From an uncultured Halieaceae bacterium (GTDB taxonomy: Bacteria > Pseudomonadota > Gammaproteobacteria > Pseudomonadales > Halieaceae), in contig CALJGI010000015.1 in NCBI GenBank assembly GCA_938074045.1, positions 56,019 through 120,018 on the forward strand: a stretch of 64,000 bases of DNA, in the 5' to 3' direction. The notes below the pieces were generated by a model that saw only the letters and a list, made by a program, of their open reading frames with translations, was not told the origin of the DNA and made no database searches. Within the stretch, counting starts at the first letter, position 1; every line of letters starts with the position of its first letter. This document shows, in pieces, positions 30,453 through 40,044 of this stretch. The position numbers were made by a program, and so were the translations under genes.

Positions 30453-31811
30453 CTAGACGACACCATAGGCCAGCATGGCATCAGCGACCTTCACAAACCC
30501 CGCAATATTGGCACCACGCACGTAATCGATATGCTCCGTTCCAGCGACGCCGCCATACTCGACACAGCGATCGTGGATGCCTCCCATGATGTCCACCAGC
30601 AGCTTCTGCAGTTCTGCTTCCTTCCAGGAAATGCGCGCCGAGTTCTGGCTCATCTCCAGCCCCGAGACTGCTACCCCGCCGGCGTTGGCCGCCTTACCCG
30701 GGCCGTACAGAATCTGCGCTTCCTTGAACAGGTGTACCCCCTCCAGATTGGTGGGCATGTTGGCGCCTTCTGAAACGCCAATACACCCGTTTTTCAGTAA
30801 GGTGCGGGCGTCATCGCCATCCAGTTCGTTCTGGGTGGCGCAGGGCATGGCAAGATCACAGGGAACTCCCCAGGGGCGTTTATCGGTGTGAAACTCAGAT
30901 CCCGCGAACTCGCCTGCGTAATCGGCGATGCGCCCCCGCCTTGTGGTCTTGTGTTCTTTGACCCAATCAATTTTTTCCTGATCGATACCCGCCGGGTCGT
31001 AAATAAAGCCACCGGAATCAGACAGCGTCAGCACCTTGCCGCCCAGGTGAGTGACTTTCTCAGCGGCGTGGGTGGCCACGTTGCCGGAACCTGAAATAAC
31101 CACAGATTTGCCGTCGATACTGTCCCCGACATGTTGCAGCATGTTTTGCAGAAAGTAAGTGGCGCCATAGCCGGTGGCCTCGGTACGGATAAGACTGCCG
31201 CCGTATTCCAGACCCTTGCCAGTGAGTACGCCGGTGAACTGATTGGTGATGCGCTTGTACTGACCAAACATGTAACCGATTTCCCGGGCACCCACACCGA
31301 TATCACCCGCGGGCACGTCTATATCAGCGCCGACATGTCGGTACAACTCGGTCATAAAAGACTGGCAGAAACGCATGACTTCGTGGTCTGACTTTCCCTT
31401 CGGATTGAAGTTTGATCCGCCCTTGCCGCCGCCCATGGGCAAACCCGTCAGGCTGTTTTTGAAGGTTTGTTCAAAGGCCAGGAACTTCAGCACACTTTCC
31501 GTCACGTCACGGTGAAATCGCAGGCCGCCCTTGTAAGGGCCGATGGCGCTGTTGTTTTGTACGCGCCAGCCGCGTTGGACGCGGATATTGCCGTTATCGT
31601 CCTCCCAGCAGACGCGAAAGCTCACCACCCGATCCGGTTCGGCGATACGGCGCAGAATCTGGTATTCGTGGTACGGGAGTTTGTCCTGTATAAATTCGAA
31701 AATGTCCTCGGATACTTCCTGTACCGCCTGCACAAACTCGGGTTGGCCGGGATTACGGCGTTTGACCCCTGACATGAATTCATCCAGATTAACGTGCTCT
31801 GCTACCGACAT
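30453..31811 (-). CDS. gdhA: NADP-specific glutamate dehydrogenase
   Basis: It has the active-site motif GLPMGGGKGGSNFNPKGKS and the dinucleotide motif ISGSGNVA. ATG 31811 is preceded by AAGGAG, and that start matches the usual GdhA N-terminal length. Confidence 0.9.
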   Translation of the reverse strand: MSVAEHVNLDEFMSGVKRRNPGQPEFVQAVQEVSEDIFEFIQDKLPYHEYQILRRIAEPDRVVSFRVCWEDDNGNIRVQRGWRVQNNSAIGPYKGGLRFHRDVTESVLKFLAFEQTFKNSLTGLPMGGGKGGSNFNPKGKSDHEVMRFCQSFMTELYRHVGADIDVPAGDIGVGAREIGYMFGQYKRITNQFTGVLTGKGLEYGGSLIRTEATGYGATYFLQNMLQHVGDSIDGKSVVISGSGNVATHAAEKVTHLGGKVLTLSDSGGFIYDPAGIDQEKIDWVKEHKTTRRGRIADYAGEFAGSEFHTDKRPWGVPCDLAMPCATQNELDGDDARTLLKNGCIGVSEGANMPTNLEGVHLFKEAQILYGPGKAANAGGVAVSGLEMSQNSARISWKEAELQKLLVDIMGGIHDRCVEYGGVAGTEHIDYVRGANIAGFVKVADAMLAYGVV

Positions 31812-31926
31812 GCCTGTCTCCTTAATCATGGGCGCGGAGATGCTCTCTCCACGCGTGTTATGTTTCCCAGTGTAGAGTAGTTTTCAGCACAATGCATGGC
31901 ATGGGCAGGGGTAGAAATCAGCGGCT

Positions 31927-33111
31927 TTAGAGGCTGAAGTTTCCGTCATGCAGGCCTGGAAATAGCTTCTCCAGAGCGGCCCGGTCCTCGCTACTCAAGG
32001 CCTTCCAGACTTCACAAAGATCGCGCCACACCGCTACCTGAAAAGTTTTAACCACGGCACGGAAGGGGTGGCCCTGCAGCACGCCGTCATACAAGGATTC
32101 ACCGCGATCAAACGCCTCTTCATTAAAAGGGGTCAGATCCCTTTTTTGACTCAGCGAGCGGTAGGCGGCGTCATTTTGTTGCATCAGGGGAACAAAGGTC
32201 TCGCTAATAGCGGCCATAAGCGGTGCGAGATCGGAGTTCAGTGTCAGCTTCCCATCGCTACCTGCCTGCCTGCCGTCGCGAATATTACACAGCCATCGGA
32301 ACGTGAGGGGAGCCAGTTCCTCTATCAACTCGGCGGCGCGACCATCTACTAGATTCATGCTGAGTTGCCCGTAGGCCGATGCATCCGCCAGCGTGAACTG
32401 GTGCCCGAGTAAGAACGGTTGCTGTTGTAGGATGTTTTCCATGGCGGCGAGATATTGGCGCCAGGCGTTATCCAGTAGTTGGTGAGTGGGGGGAAAGCCT
32501 TCTCTGGATGGTGGCGTCAATTGAGGGCTTACTCCCAGGTCCAGCCCCGCGGGTGCCACGCTGAACAGATAGGGGCAGCGCCGCACCTGGCGGTGGGGCA
32601 GTCTTTTAGCCATGATGCGACGCACACCCGGCGGCAGGAGTTTGCGAAACTCCCGGCTGGTCATCCGCCCCATTTGATTGGTGGCCGCGGATGTCACCCA
32701 GCGATTGTGGTGCACCATGTAAAGACCGAATTCATCGAAGGCCTCATCGATCAGGTGGCAGACAAAGTCGAGCTGTGGTGAAGCGGGTAGCAATGGTGTC
32801 GGGGTTGTAGCAAGCGAGTCCAGATGCTCGGCCAACGCCGAGGAATCGTAGTAAAAACTTGAGCCGTCAAAGCTGTAATAGGGAACGGCGGGGTATTCGT
32901 CCAGCTCTGCATCCCGGCCCGTATATTTTTTGACGGAGGCCGATTTTTGCGCAGACTGCAGCCGCCGGAAGGTTGTAAATGCCTGCCTCAGCGTTGCCTG
33001 ATCAGGCCAGCGTTGCCAGGGGACATTGGCATGGTTGGCCAGCGCCTGTACCTTCAATTGAAAAGGTGAGGCGATGACCCCCCAAAATATTAGCTGCTGC
33101 GGGTCACTCAC
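31927..33111 (-). CDS. Glutathione S-transferase-like protein (long form)
   Basis: It has a thioredoxin-like N-terminus (LIFWGVIASPFQLKV...PAVPYY) and a GST C-terminal-type helix (FLLGHQFTLADASAYGQL). I chose GTG 33111, which overlaps the upstream cupin stop by 8 nt. The listed 33249 start would lie inside the cupin gene. Confidence 0.6.
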   Translation of the reverse strand: MSDPQQLIFWGVIASPFQLKVQALANHANVPWQRWPDQATLRQAFTTFRRLQSAQKSASVKKYTGRDAELDEYPAVPYYSFDGSSFYYDSSALAEHLDSLATTPTPLLPASPQLDFVCHLIDEAFDEFGLYMVHHNRWVTSAATNQMGRMTSREFRKLLPPGVRRIMAKRLPHRQVRRCPYLFSVAPAGLDLGVSPQLTPPSREGFPPTHQLLDNAWRQYLAAMENILQQQPFLLGHQFTLADASAYGQLSMNLVDGRAAELIEELAPLTFRWLCNIRDGRQAGSDGKLTLNSDLAPLMAAISETFVPLMQQNDAAYRSLSQKRDLTPFNEEAFDRGESLYDGVLQGHPFRAVVKTFQVAVWRDLCEVWKALSSEDRAALEKLFPGLHDGNFSL

Positions 33112-33631
33112 CGACGATAATAACGCCGTCGCAGTTCTCGCCGTAGAGTTCGCACAGGCCGCGGTAGGCCATGAGAATGCTGCGGGCGTCGACGATGCTG
33201 GTGACGTCACCCTTATCATCGATGTTGATATTGCTGCCAAAAATGGCAAACCACACTACCGCGTCTTCGGTGGCGTCTTGGGCGACGGTGAGGGTGTGCA
33301 GTGAATGCGCCGGTTCATAGAGGTACGATCCCGCCTTGTTGACCTTGTCGGGATACTCCTCGTAAAACCATTCGCCGGATTGAGTAACGGCGAATACCGG
33401 ACCGGTATGGTAGTGGGTGTCGACCTTGAATCCCGGACGGAAGCGATTGCGAACAATCCACAGATTCTGATTCAAATCCACCTGTAGTAATTGCAGCGTG
33501 GACCCATCGGGTAATTCGACATGGGGCAAGTCCTCGTCATGCAGCAGAATTGCTTCGCGACTGTTCTCGCGACTTACTACAGGGCCTTCGGCCATTGCCG
33601 CCAGCATCTCCAGTGCGGTCATCTCACTCAT
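33104..33631 (-). CDS. Cupin domain protein (ChrR-like cupin / 2,4'-dihydroxyacetophenone dioxygenase family)
   Basis: It has an HYHTGPVFAVTQSGEWFYEEY...YLYEPAHSLHTL metal-ligand pattern and is ~175 aa. Confidence 0.6.
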   Translation of the reverse strand: MSEMTALEMLAAMAEGPVVSRENSREAILLHDEDLPHVELPDGSTLQLLQVDLNQNLWIVRNRFRPGFKVDTHYHTGPVFAVTQSGEWFYEEYPDKVNKAGSYLYEPAHSLHTLTVAQDATEDAVVWFAIFGSNINIDDKGDVTSIVDARSILMAYRGLCELYGENCDGVIIVGE

Positions 33632-33676
33632 TCTCGTAGTCCTCGTGAAAATTGAATCATTGGTACCTGTGCCTGC

Positions 33677-33856
33677 TTATTTCTTCTTTTTTGGCGCAGT
33701 CTTCTTTTTGGCTGCCGGCGCTTTTTTTGCGGCTGGTTTTTTCTTTGGTGCAGCTTTTTTCCTGGCCACTGGCTTCTTTTTTGCGGCGGCAGATTTTGTG
33801 CGTGCTTTGGCGGTTGAACGCGGCGCTTTTTCCTTCGCTGTCCCGGCCGGCCCACC
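33677..33856 (-). repeat. Low-complexity coding repeat (AKKK/PAAKK units) encoding a histone-H1/AlgP-like tail
   Basis: The plus strand shows iterated GC(G/T)GC...TTTTTT units. These units also generate three spurious overlapping ORFs in the track. Confidence 0.8.
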
Positions 33857-35263
33857 GGTGGGGATGCCCGCGGCGACTTCCAGCTCAACCAGGGCATCTT
33901 CCATATAGTCGATCAGCCGCTGTACCTGGGGCATGGAGCGTCGGCAGGCGATGATACCGAAATCGACGTTGCGATCGTAGGTCACCAGCGTGATGTTCAG
34001 GGCGATGCCATCGGTAATGATGGACATGGGATAGGAACCCTCCATGCGCGCGCCATTCCAGTACATCTTCTGCCGAATACCTGGTACGTTGGATATGACG
34101 GTGTTAAATGGCGGCATCTTGCTCGCCAGGCCCAGTGGCATCAGCAACATGGCGGGAGACTGAATCAGCATGCTGAACAGTGTTACTTCCTCGGCACTCA
34201 TGCCGCTATAGAAGTCCTTACCGGCCTTTGTAGAGGCCTTGATAGCCTGAATACGCTTCGCCGGGTCGCTGATGTTGGTGGCGAGGTCCGCGCTGATAGA
34301 GGCCACTGCATTGGTGGAATCGACATCGCCTGCCTGCCGCAGCGATACCGGAACCATGGCTTTCAGCGAGTCATCCGGCATCACGCCGTGCCGCTGCAAA
34401 TAGGTTCTGAGCGCGCCGGCGCACATGGCGAGTACGGCGTCGTTAAATGTGCCGTCATATGCTTTGCCGATGGCGTGAATGCGCGCAAAAGGCCAGGACT
34501 GGGCGACAAAGCGACGAGCGCTACCCACCGAGGTATTGATGTGGCTGGTGGGCACCTGCATAAAGGGCAGCATCAAGGCACCACCTTCGCCGCGCCAGGC
34601 ATTGGTAAAACGCTTGAGAGCACCATATAGATTACCGCTGGTGTCATAGACAGCTTTGAGTGCCTCGGATACTGTGCGCAGATTGGAGTCACCCAGACCA
34701 TTTTCCCGCGCCGTTGGCAGGGTGGCCCGGTAGCGCTCCCAGGAGTTCATCGACATGGGGGATTCCAGCATGCGCGAGGTGGGGTCTGCCGACAACATGC
34801 TGCGACTGAGATGTACCGACCGCGCGCCATCAATGGCGGCGTGATGGGTCTTGGTGTACATGGCGAACTGACGCTTCTGTAAACCTTCGATCAGATGGGT
34901 TTCCCACAGCGGGCGGCTGCGATCCAGCAGGGTGGTGTGTAATCTGGAGGCCAGATTGAACAATTCGCGGTAGCGTCCTGGTTCGGGTAGGGCGGAGTGA
35001 CGTATGTGATATTCGATATCCAGCGCTGGATCCGGTTCCCAATAGACGTTGCCCGCCATGCCCAGTAGCCCGGTTTTGATGCGATCGCCAAAGGGCGGTA
35101 GTAACTTGTCAAAGTTGCGCAGGCCATCAGCGGTTTCCCGCAAAAACTCCTGCTCATCTGCGCCCTCGGGCAGTGTGTACAGGCTGACACCTGCCACATG
35201 CATGGGGGTTTCCCGGGTTTCTGCTATCAGAAACCCTTTGTCGACAAAATTAAGTTTTTTCAT
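33677..35263 (-). CDS. Wax ester synthase/diacylglycerol acyltransferase (WS/DGAT) with Lys/Ala/Pro-rich C-terminal tail
   Basis: It has the catalytic HHAAIDG (HHxxxDG) motif and a conserved N-terminus (LNFVDKGFLIAETRETPMHV). The last ~59 aa are ...AKEKAPRSTAKARTKSAAAKKKPVARKKAAPKKKPAAKKAPAAKKKTAPKKKK. Confidence 0.85.
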   Translation of the reverse strand: MKKLNFVDKGFLIAETRETPMHVAGVSLYTLPEGADEQEFLRETADGLRNFDKLLPPFGDRIKTGLLGMAGNVYWEPDPALDIEYHIRHSALPEPGRYRELFNLASRLHTTLLDRSRPLWETHLIEGLQKRQFAMYTKTHHAAIDGARSVHLSRSMLSADPTSRMLESPMSMNSWERYRATLPTARENGLGDSNLRTVSEALKAVYDTSGNLYGALKRFTNAWRGEGGALMLPFMQVPTSHINTSVGSARRFVAQSWPFARIHAIGKAYDGTFNDAVLAMCAGALRTYLQRHGVMPDDSLKAMVPVSLRQAGDVDSTNAVASISADLATNISDPAKRIQAIKASTKAGKDFYSGMSAEEVTLFSMLIQSPAMLLMPLGLASKMPPFNTVISNVPGIRQKMYWNGARMEGSYPMSIITDGIALNITLVTYDRNVDFGIIACRRSMPQVQRLIDYMEDALVELEVAAGIPTGGPAGTAKEKAPRSTAKARTKSAAAKKKPVARKKAAPKKKPAAKKAPAAKKKTAPKKKK

Positions 35264-35527
35264 AGGGTGGTTCTCTGTCCATCTATGCTATCTGCTCACC
35301 GATAGTACATCCCGTGGAGGGGTATCATACCTGCTTGTGTGCCTTTTGACTCCAGATTGCCCCTTAGCTTTTGTGCGTGTCGACGGCGTTTCACGGGTTT
35401 ACAGGATTGACTTATTATGACACTATTTCTGCCAATATAGGAGGAAATACCCGCTGTCGCTGCGTAAATCTGTTTTCCTTCCCGATTCGTATAAAGCCTG
35501 ATGTAACCAAAACGGAGACCCGGCTTC

Positions 35528-36292
35528 ATGCCCACTGATCTATTTGACCTCACCGGCAAGATTGCGCTGGTAACGGGAGCCAGCCGGGGAATCGGCGAGG
35601 AAATCGCCCGGTTGCTGGCGGAGCAGGGGGCCCATGTCATTGTCACCAGTCGCCGTATCGATGGCTGTCAGGCGGTGGCCGACGCCATCACGGCAGCGGG
35701 TGGCAGTGCCGAAGCCTTCGCCTGCCACGTCGGCAATATGGACGACATCACGGCGGTTTTCGCGCACATCAGCGGCACCCACGGCAAACTGGATATTCTG
35801 GTCAACAATGCCGCCACCAACCCGTATTTCGGGGATATTCTGGATACCGATCTGGGCGCTTTTACCAAAACCATTGATGTGAATGTGCGCGGCTACTTTT
35901 TCATGTCGATTGCAGGTGCTAAATTGATGCGCGATGGCGGTGGCGGCGCGATTGTGAACACCGCCTCGATCAATGCCTTGAAGCCGGGGCCTGCGCAGGG
36001 TATTTACTCCATCTCCAAGGCTGCGGTGGTCAATATGACCCAGGCGTTTGCCAAAGAGGTGGCCAGGCACAACATCCGGGTCAATGCCCTGCTGCCTGGT
36101 TTGACCAAGACACAGTTCGCCGGTGCGCTGTTTGAGAATGAGGACATTTACAACGCTGCGATGGTCACCATTCCCATGCACCGACACGCAGAACCCCGCG
36201 AAATGGCGGGCACGGTTCTCTACCTCGTCTCCGACGCCTCCAGCTACACCACGGGAGAGTGTATCGTCGTCGATGGTGGATTAACGATTTAA
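35528..36292 (+). CDS. SDR family oxidoreductase (3-oxoacyl-ACP reductase-like)
   Basis: It has TGASRGIG, NNAA and YSISKAA (YxxxK) motifs. Confidence 0.85.
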   Translation: MPTDLFDLTGKIALVTGASRGIGEEIARLLAEQGAHVIVTSRRIDGCQAVADAITAAGGSAEAFACHVGNMDDITAVFAHISGTHGKLDILVNNAATNPYFGDILDTDLGAFTKTIDVNVRGYFFMSIAGAKLMRDGGGGAIVNTASINALKPGPAQGIYSISKAAVVNMTQAFAKEVARHNIRVNALLPGLTKTQFAGALFENEDIYNAAMVTIPMHRHAEPREMAGTVLYLVSDASSYTTGECIVVDGGLTI

Positions 36293-36308
36293 AGGTTGAG
36301 GAATCACC

Positions 36309-36689
36309 ATGATGAATAAAGTATTCAAAGTTGTTGTCGTATTACCCGCACTGCTGTTCGTGTTTATTGGCCTGCGCTTTTTGTTTGATCCAGCGGGAGC
36401 TGTTGCCGAGCTTGGCATGCCGCTACTCGATGGTATCGGGCGCAGCACCCAGATCGGCGATCTGTCCGCCTTTTTCATCACCGGTGGCCTGTGCGTGCTG
36501 ATAGCGGTTTATACCGGACGCCGTACCTGGTATTACCCGGCTATCATGTTATTGGGCTTGACGGCGATTGGCCGCACGCTGGCCTGGCTGGTGCACGGAG
36601 CCGACTTTGCGACGCAATCCATAGCCGTAGAAGTGATTGTGTCGGCGCTGCTGATAGCCGCTTCTGTCAAGCTGGCAGACAAAGATTGA
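36309..36689 (+). CDS. Small 4-TM membrane protein (DUF4345-like)
   Basis: The protein is 126 aa with four hydrophobic segments. The family call is from memory. Confidence 0.5.
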   Translation: MMNKVFKVVVVLPALLFVFIGLRFLFDPAGAVAELGMPLLDGIGRSTQIGDLSAFFITGGLCVLIAVYTGRRTWYYPAIMLLGLTAIGRTLAWLVHGADFATQSIAVEVIVSALLIAASVKLADKD

Positions 36690-36748
36690 ATCCGGGAAGA
36701 GACAGCAAATAGCTCGGCCCCCTTTTTATAACCGTTGAAATCAGGAGT

Positions 36749-37948
36749 TTGACCTTGGACTTACAATATACAGCAGAGGAACATGCCTTCCGGGAGGAAG
36801 TGCAGCAATTCTTCGCCGAGCAATGGGACGACGAGATGAAGTCCATGCTCGAAAATCGCCGCGGCACGGATGGCATGAAACCCGGCATGATCGAGTGGCA
36901 GAAGCGACTGTACAATAAGGGATGGATGGCGCCAGGTTGGCCGGTTGAGCACGGTGGTGTGGACTGGAGCCCAACCCAGCATCATATCTTCAATTCAGAA
37001 CGAGCCCGTGTCGGAGCACCGGAACGCATACCCTTTGGTGTGACTATGGTTGCCCCGGTGATATACAGCTATGGCACCGAAGAGCAGAAATCGAAGTTTC
37101 TACCCCGCATTCTGGCCAGTGAGGACTGGTGGTGTCAGGGTTATTCAGAGCCCGGATCCGGATCGGATCTCGCCTCCCTGCAATGCAAGGCGGAACTGGA
37201 CGGAGAGGATTATGTCATCAACGGCAGCAAAATCTGGACCACCTATGCCCAGTATGCTGACTGGATATTCTGTCTGGTGCGCACAGATAACAGTGGTCGC
37301 AAGCAGGAAGGTATTACCTTTATGCTGATCGACATGAACTCTCCTGGCGTGACGGTGCGCCCCATCGCTACCATCGACGGCTTTCATCACCTCAATGAAG
37401 TCTTTTTCGAGGACGTTCGTGTACCCGTGGCCAATCGCATCGGCGAGGAAGGCAAGGGTTGGACCTATGCCAAGTCGCTGCTGGTCCACGAGCGCCTGAG
37501 CATAGCCGAGGTTGCTGATTCCCAGGGCATGCTCGCAAAGATTCGCGATCTGGCGCGGCGGGAAATCAATGGCGGCAAGCCGTTGCTGGAAGATGCCCGA
37601 TTTGCCCAGCGCCTCAGCGATGTGGAAATCGAACTGATGGCGTTGGAGTTCACCGAATTGCGGGTACTGGCCGACGCCGCCAAGGGCGTGCAGCCGGGCC
37701 CGGAATCGTCACTGCTGAAATTGCAGGGCACGGAAATTCAACAAACGCTGCAGGAACTGCTGATGGACGTGTCGGGCTACTACAGCCAGACCTTGCAGGG
37801 AGACCTGAGCGACGAGGAATTCGGTAATGATTACGCCGATCTCGCGCGCAAGCTCTACTTCCGGGGACGTGCCTCGACCATCTACGGTGGCTCCAACGAG
37901 GTGCAGAAAAATATTACCGCCAAATACGTACTGGGGTTGGCATCATGA
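36749..37948 (+). CDS. Acyl-CoA dehydrogenase, putative catalytic (alpha) subunit
   Basis: It has ACAD motifs (WCQGYSEPGSGSD, INGSKIWTT). Glu248 in LLVHERL aligns with the IVD/LCAD-type catalytic base. The MCAD-type position is Gly (IYGGSNEVQ). The start is TTG with AGGAG upstream. Confidence 0.8.
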   Translation: MTLDLQYTAEEHAFREEVQQFFAEQWDDEMKSMLENRRGTDGMKPGMIEWQKRLYNKGWMAPGWPVEHGGVDWSPTQHHIFNSERARVGAPERIPFGVTMVAPVIYSYGTEEQKSKFLPRILASEDWWCQGYSEPGSGSDLASLQCKAELDGEDYVINGSKIWTTYAQYADWIFCLVRTDNSGRKQEGITFMLIDMNSPGVTVRPIATIDGFHHLNEVFFEDVRVPVANRIGEEGKGWTYAKSLLVHERLSIAEVADSQGMLAKIRDLARREINGGKPLLEDARFAQRLSDVEIELMALEFTELRVLADAAKGVQPGPESSLLKLQGTEIQQTLQELLMDVSGYYSQTLQGDLSDEEFGNDYADLARKLYFRGRASTIYGGSNEVQKNITAKYVLGLAS

Positions 37949-39114
37949 ATTTTGATTTAACTGAAGAACAGACAATGATCCAGGACAGCCTGGAGCGATT
38001 CGTCAACGAGCACTACACACTGGACCAGCGCAACGCGGTTATCTCGCTACGCGATGGCTTCAGTCCAGCCCACTGGCAACGCTTTGCTGAACTGGGCTGG
38101 TTGTCCATTCCTTTTGCTGAAGATAATGGTGGCTTTGGTGGCGGACCGGTAGACAACATGGTCATTATGCGGGAAATCGGTAAAGGCCTTGTGGCCGAGC
38201 CGTTTCTGCCCACCGTTCTTTTGTTTGGCGGGTTGCTGGAAGCCGGTGGCAGGCAGGAACTGCAGCAAACCTACCTACCACAGATTATTGCTGGTGAATT
38301 ACAGGGTGCTTTTGCCTATCTCGAGAAGCAGAGCCGCTACGAAATGACAGACGTGGTCACCCAGGCGCGTCAGGATGGCGACAATTGGGTAATCGATGGC
38401 GAGAAGATAGTGGTACTGAACGGCGGCGCGGCACAGAAACTGGTGGTGCTGGCGCGCACCTCCGGCGATCAATCCGATGAAAAGGGTCTGACCCTGTTTT
38501 TGGTGGATGCGGACGCCAGTGGTGTGCAGCGCAAAGCCTACCGTATGACGGATGGACGCGACGTCGCCAATATCACCTTCTCCAACGTGGTTGCCGAAGC
38601 GGTAGTGGGCGAAGTTGATCAGGGCGCTGAAGTCATGAACCCGGTGGTAGACAGCGCGCGACTGGCGGTATGCGCCGAGGCCCTGGGCGCCATGGAATCA
38701 CTCAATGCACAAACCCTGGAGTACCTGAAAACCCGTAAACAGTTTGATGTCACCATCGGTTCCTTCCAGGCACTGCAGCATCGGGCTGTTGATATGTTCA
38801 GCGCGACGGAAAATGTACGTTCGTTGTTGTATCGCGCGGTCTGCACCGCCGCGGCGGGTCATGAAGACGCCACCCGCAGTTTGCTGGCACTGAAGGTGAT
38901 GGTGGGCCGCGCCGGTCGGCTGGTCGGCGGTGAATCGATTCAGATGCATGGTGGCATGGGTATGACGGACGAGCTGTCCGTTGGCTTTTACGTCAAGCGC
39001 CTGATGATCATCAACCTGTTGTTTGGCGACGCCGATTATCACCAACAGCAATTTATCGAAGTGGCCAATGCCGAGCAGAGCGAATTGACCCTCGCCGACA
39101 CCGAGGCAGCCTGA
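37945..39114 (+). CDS. Acyl-CoA dehydrogenase family protein, putative non-catalytic (beta) subunit
   Basis: It has an ACAD fold (IDGEKIVVLNG, QMHGGMGMTDE). Both known catalytic-base positions lack Glu (VDSARL, LLFGDADYH). It overlaps the previous ACAD gene by ATGA. Confidence 0.75.
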   Translation: MNFDLTEEQTMIQDSLERFVNEHYTLDQRNAVISLRDGFSPAHWQRFAELGWLSIPFAEDNGGFGGGPVDNMVIMREIGKGLVAEPFLPTVLLFGGLLEAGGRQELQQTYLPQIIAGELQGAFAYLEKQSRYEMTDVVTQARQDGDNWVIDGEKIVVLNGGAAQKLVVLARTSGDQSDEKGLTLFLVDADASGVQRKAYRMTDGRDVANITFSNVVAEAVVGEVDQGAEVMNPVVDSARLAVCAEALGAMESLNAQTLEYLKTRKQFDVTIGSFQALQHRAVDMFSATENVRSLLYRAVCTAAAGHEDATRSLLALKVMVGRAGRLVGGESIQMHGGMGMTDELSVGFYVKRLMIINLLFGDADYHQQQFIEVANAEQSELTLADTEAA

Positions 39115-39120
39115 GCATCC

Positions 39121-40014
39121 ATGACTGAGCAATATGTGGAAGCCAACGGTCTGCGCCTGGCCTATGACGAGTTTGGCACAGAACATGACACTGTCATATT
39201 GCTGATCATGGGTCTGGGGACCCAGATGATCGCCTGGCCGGATGTGTTTTGTGAAGATCTGGCAGCCCGTGGCTACCGGGTTATTCGCTTTGACAACCGG
39301 GACATCGGCTTGTCGCAGAAAATGGAGGGGGCCCAATCGCCGGGGCTTGCCTCGTTGATGCTGCGATCCCGGCTGGGCATGTCCCTGCGTGTTCCCTACA
39401 AACTGCACGATATGGCTGAAGACGCCGTTGATCTGATGAATGCCCTGGGTGTGGGATCTGCCCATCTTGTTGGGGCTTCCATGGGCGGCATGATTGCCCA
39501 GTTGATCGCGGCGCATTATCCCAATCGGGTGCTGTCGCTGACGTCCATCATGTCCACCAGTGGGCGTCGCTCGCTGCCTGGTGCCAACCGCGAAGTGGCG
39601 ATGCATATGCTGCGCCGCCCCCGTAACTCAGATCCGGAAACATTGCTTCAGTACACCATGCGCACCTATCGCTTGATAGGCAGCCCGGCCTATCCACCGT
39701 CGGACGAAATTCTGCGCGGTAAGATCGCCGCGGCATTTAAGCGCTCCTATTACCCCATGGGTTACCGCCGGCAGATGGCGGCCATTGTCGCCAGCGGTGA
39801 TCGCGTGGCGGTGCTGAAACAGGTCAAAGCGCCGACCCTGGTGATTCATGGCACGGCGGACCCGTTGGTGCGCGTGGAGGGTGGCATAGACACCGCGAAA
39901 CTGGTGCCCGGCGCAAGGCTCGAGTTACTGGACGGTATGGGGCATGATCTACCGCAACCCTTGCTGCCGCGCATTGCCGATTTGATCGGTAGCCACGCAA
40001 AAACAGCTGCCTGA
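39121..40014 (+). CDS. Alpha/beta hydrolase
   Basis: It has an HG-type oxyanion region (LLIMGLG), a nucleophile elbow GASMGG and a C-terminal GMGHD histidine motif. Confidence 0.8.
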   Translation: MTEQYVEANGLRLAYDEFGTEHDTVILLIMGLGTQMIAWPDVFCEDLAARGYRVIRFDNRDIGLSQKMEGAQSPGLASLMLRSRLGMSLRVPYKLHDMAEDAVDLMNALGVGSAHLVGASMGGMIAQLIAAHYPNRVLSLTSIMSTSGRRSLPGANREVAMHMLRRPRNSDPETLLQYTMRTYRLIGSPAYPPSDEILRGKIAAAFKRSYYPMGYRRQMAAIVASGDRVAVLKQVKAPTLVIHGTADPLVRVEGGIDTAKLVPGARLELLDGMGHDLPQPLLPRIADLIGSHAKTAA

Positions 40015-40044
40015 TCACATAACGTCACCCATTGGAGACTCACC

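Noticed and set aside
33498-33954. Three overlapping ORFs (33498-33908 +, 33628-33897 -, 33652-33954 +) over the WS/DGAT 3' end
   Set aside because: They are artefacts of the low-complexity AKKK/PAAKK coding repeat. Every frame stays open across the repeat. Only the frame contiguous with the HHxxxDG enzyme is credible.
38698-39606. 302-aa minus-strand ORF spanning the ACAD2/hydrolase junction
   Set aside because: It is antisense to two well-supported genes. The protein is His/Gln/Gly/Arg-rich with no motifs, typical of spurious open frames in GC-rich DNA. The same reasoning applies to 35540-36187(-), 10771-11400(+), 15374-15904(-), 21318-21962(+), 58154-58813(-), 56486-57265(-), 807-1331(-), 1691-2170(-), 3871-4362(-) and the many 60-130-aa overlapping ORFs in the track.
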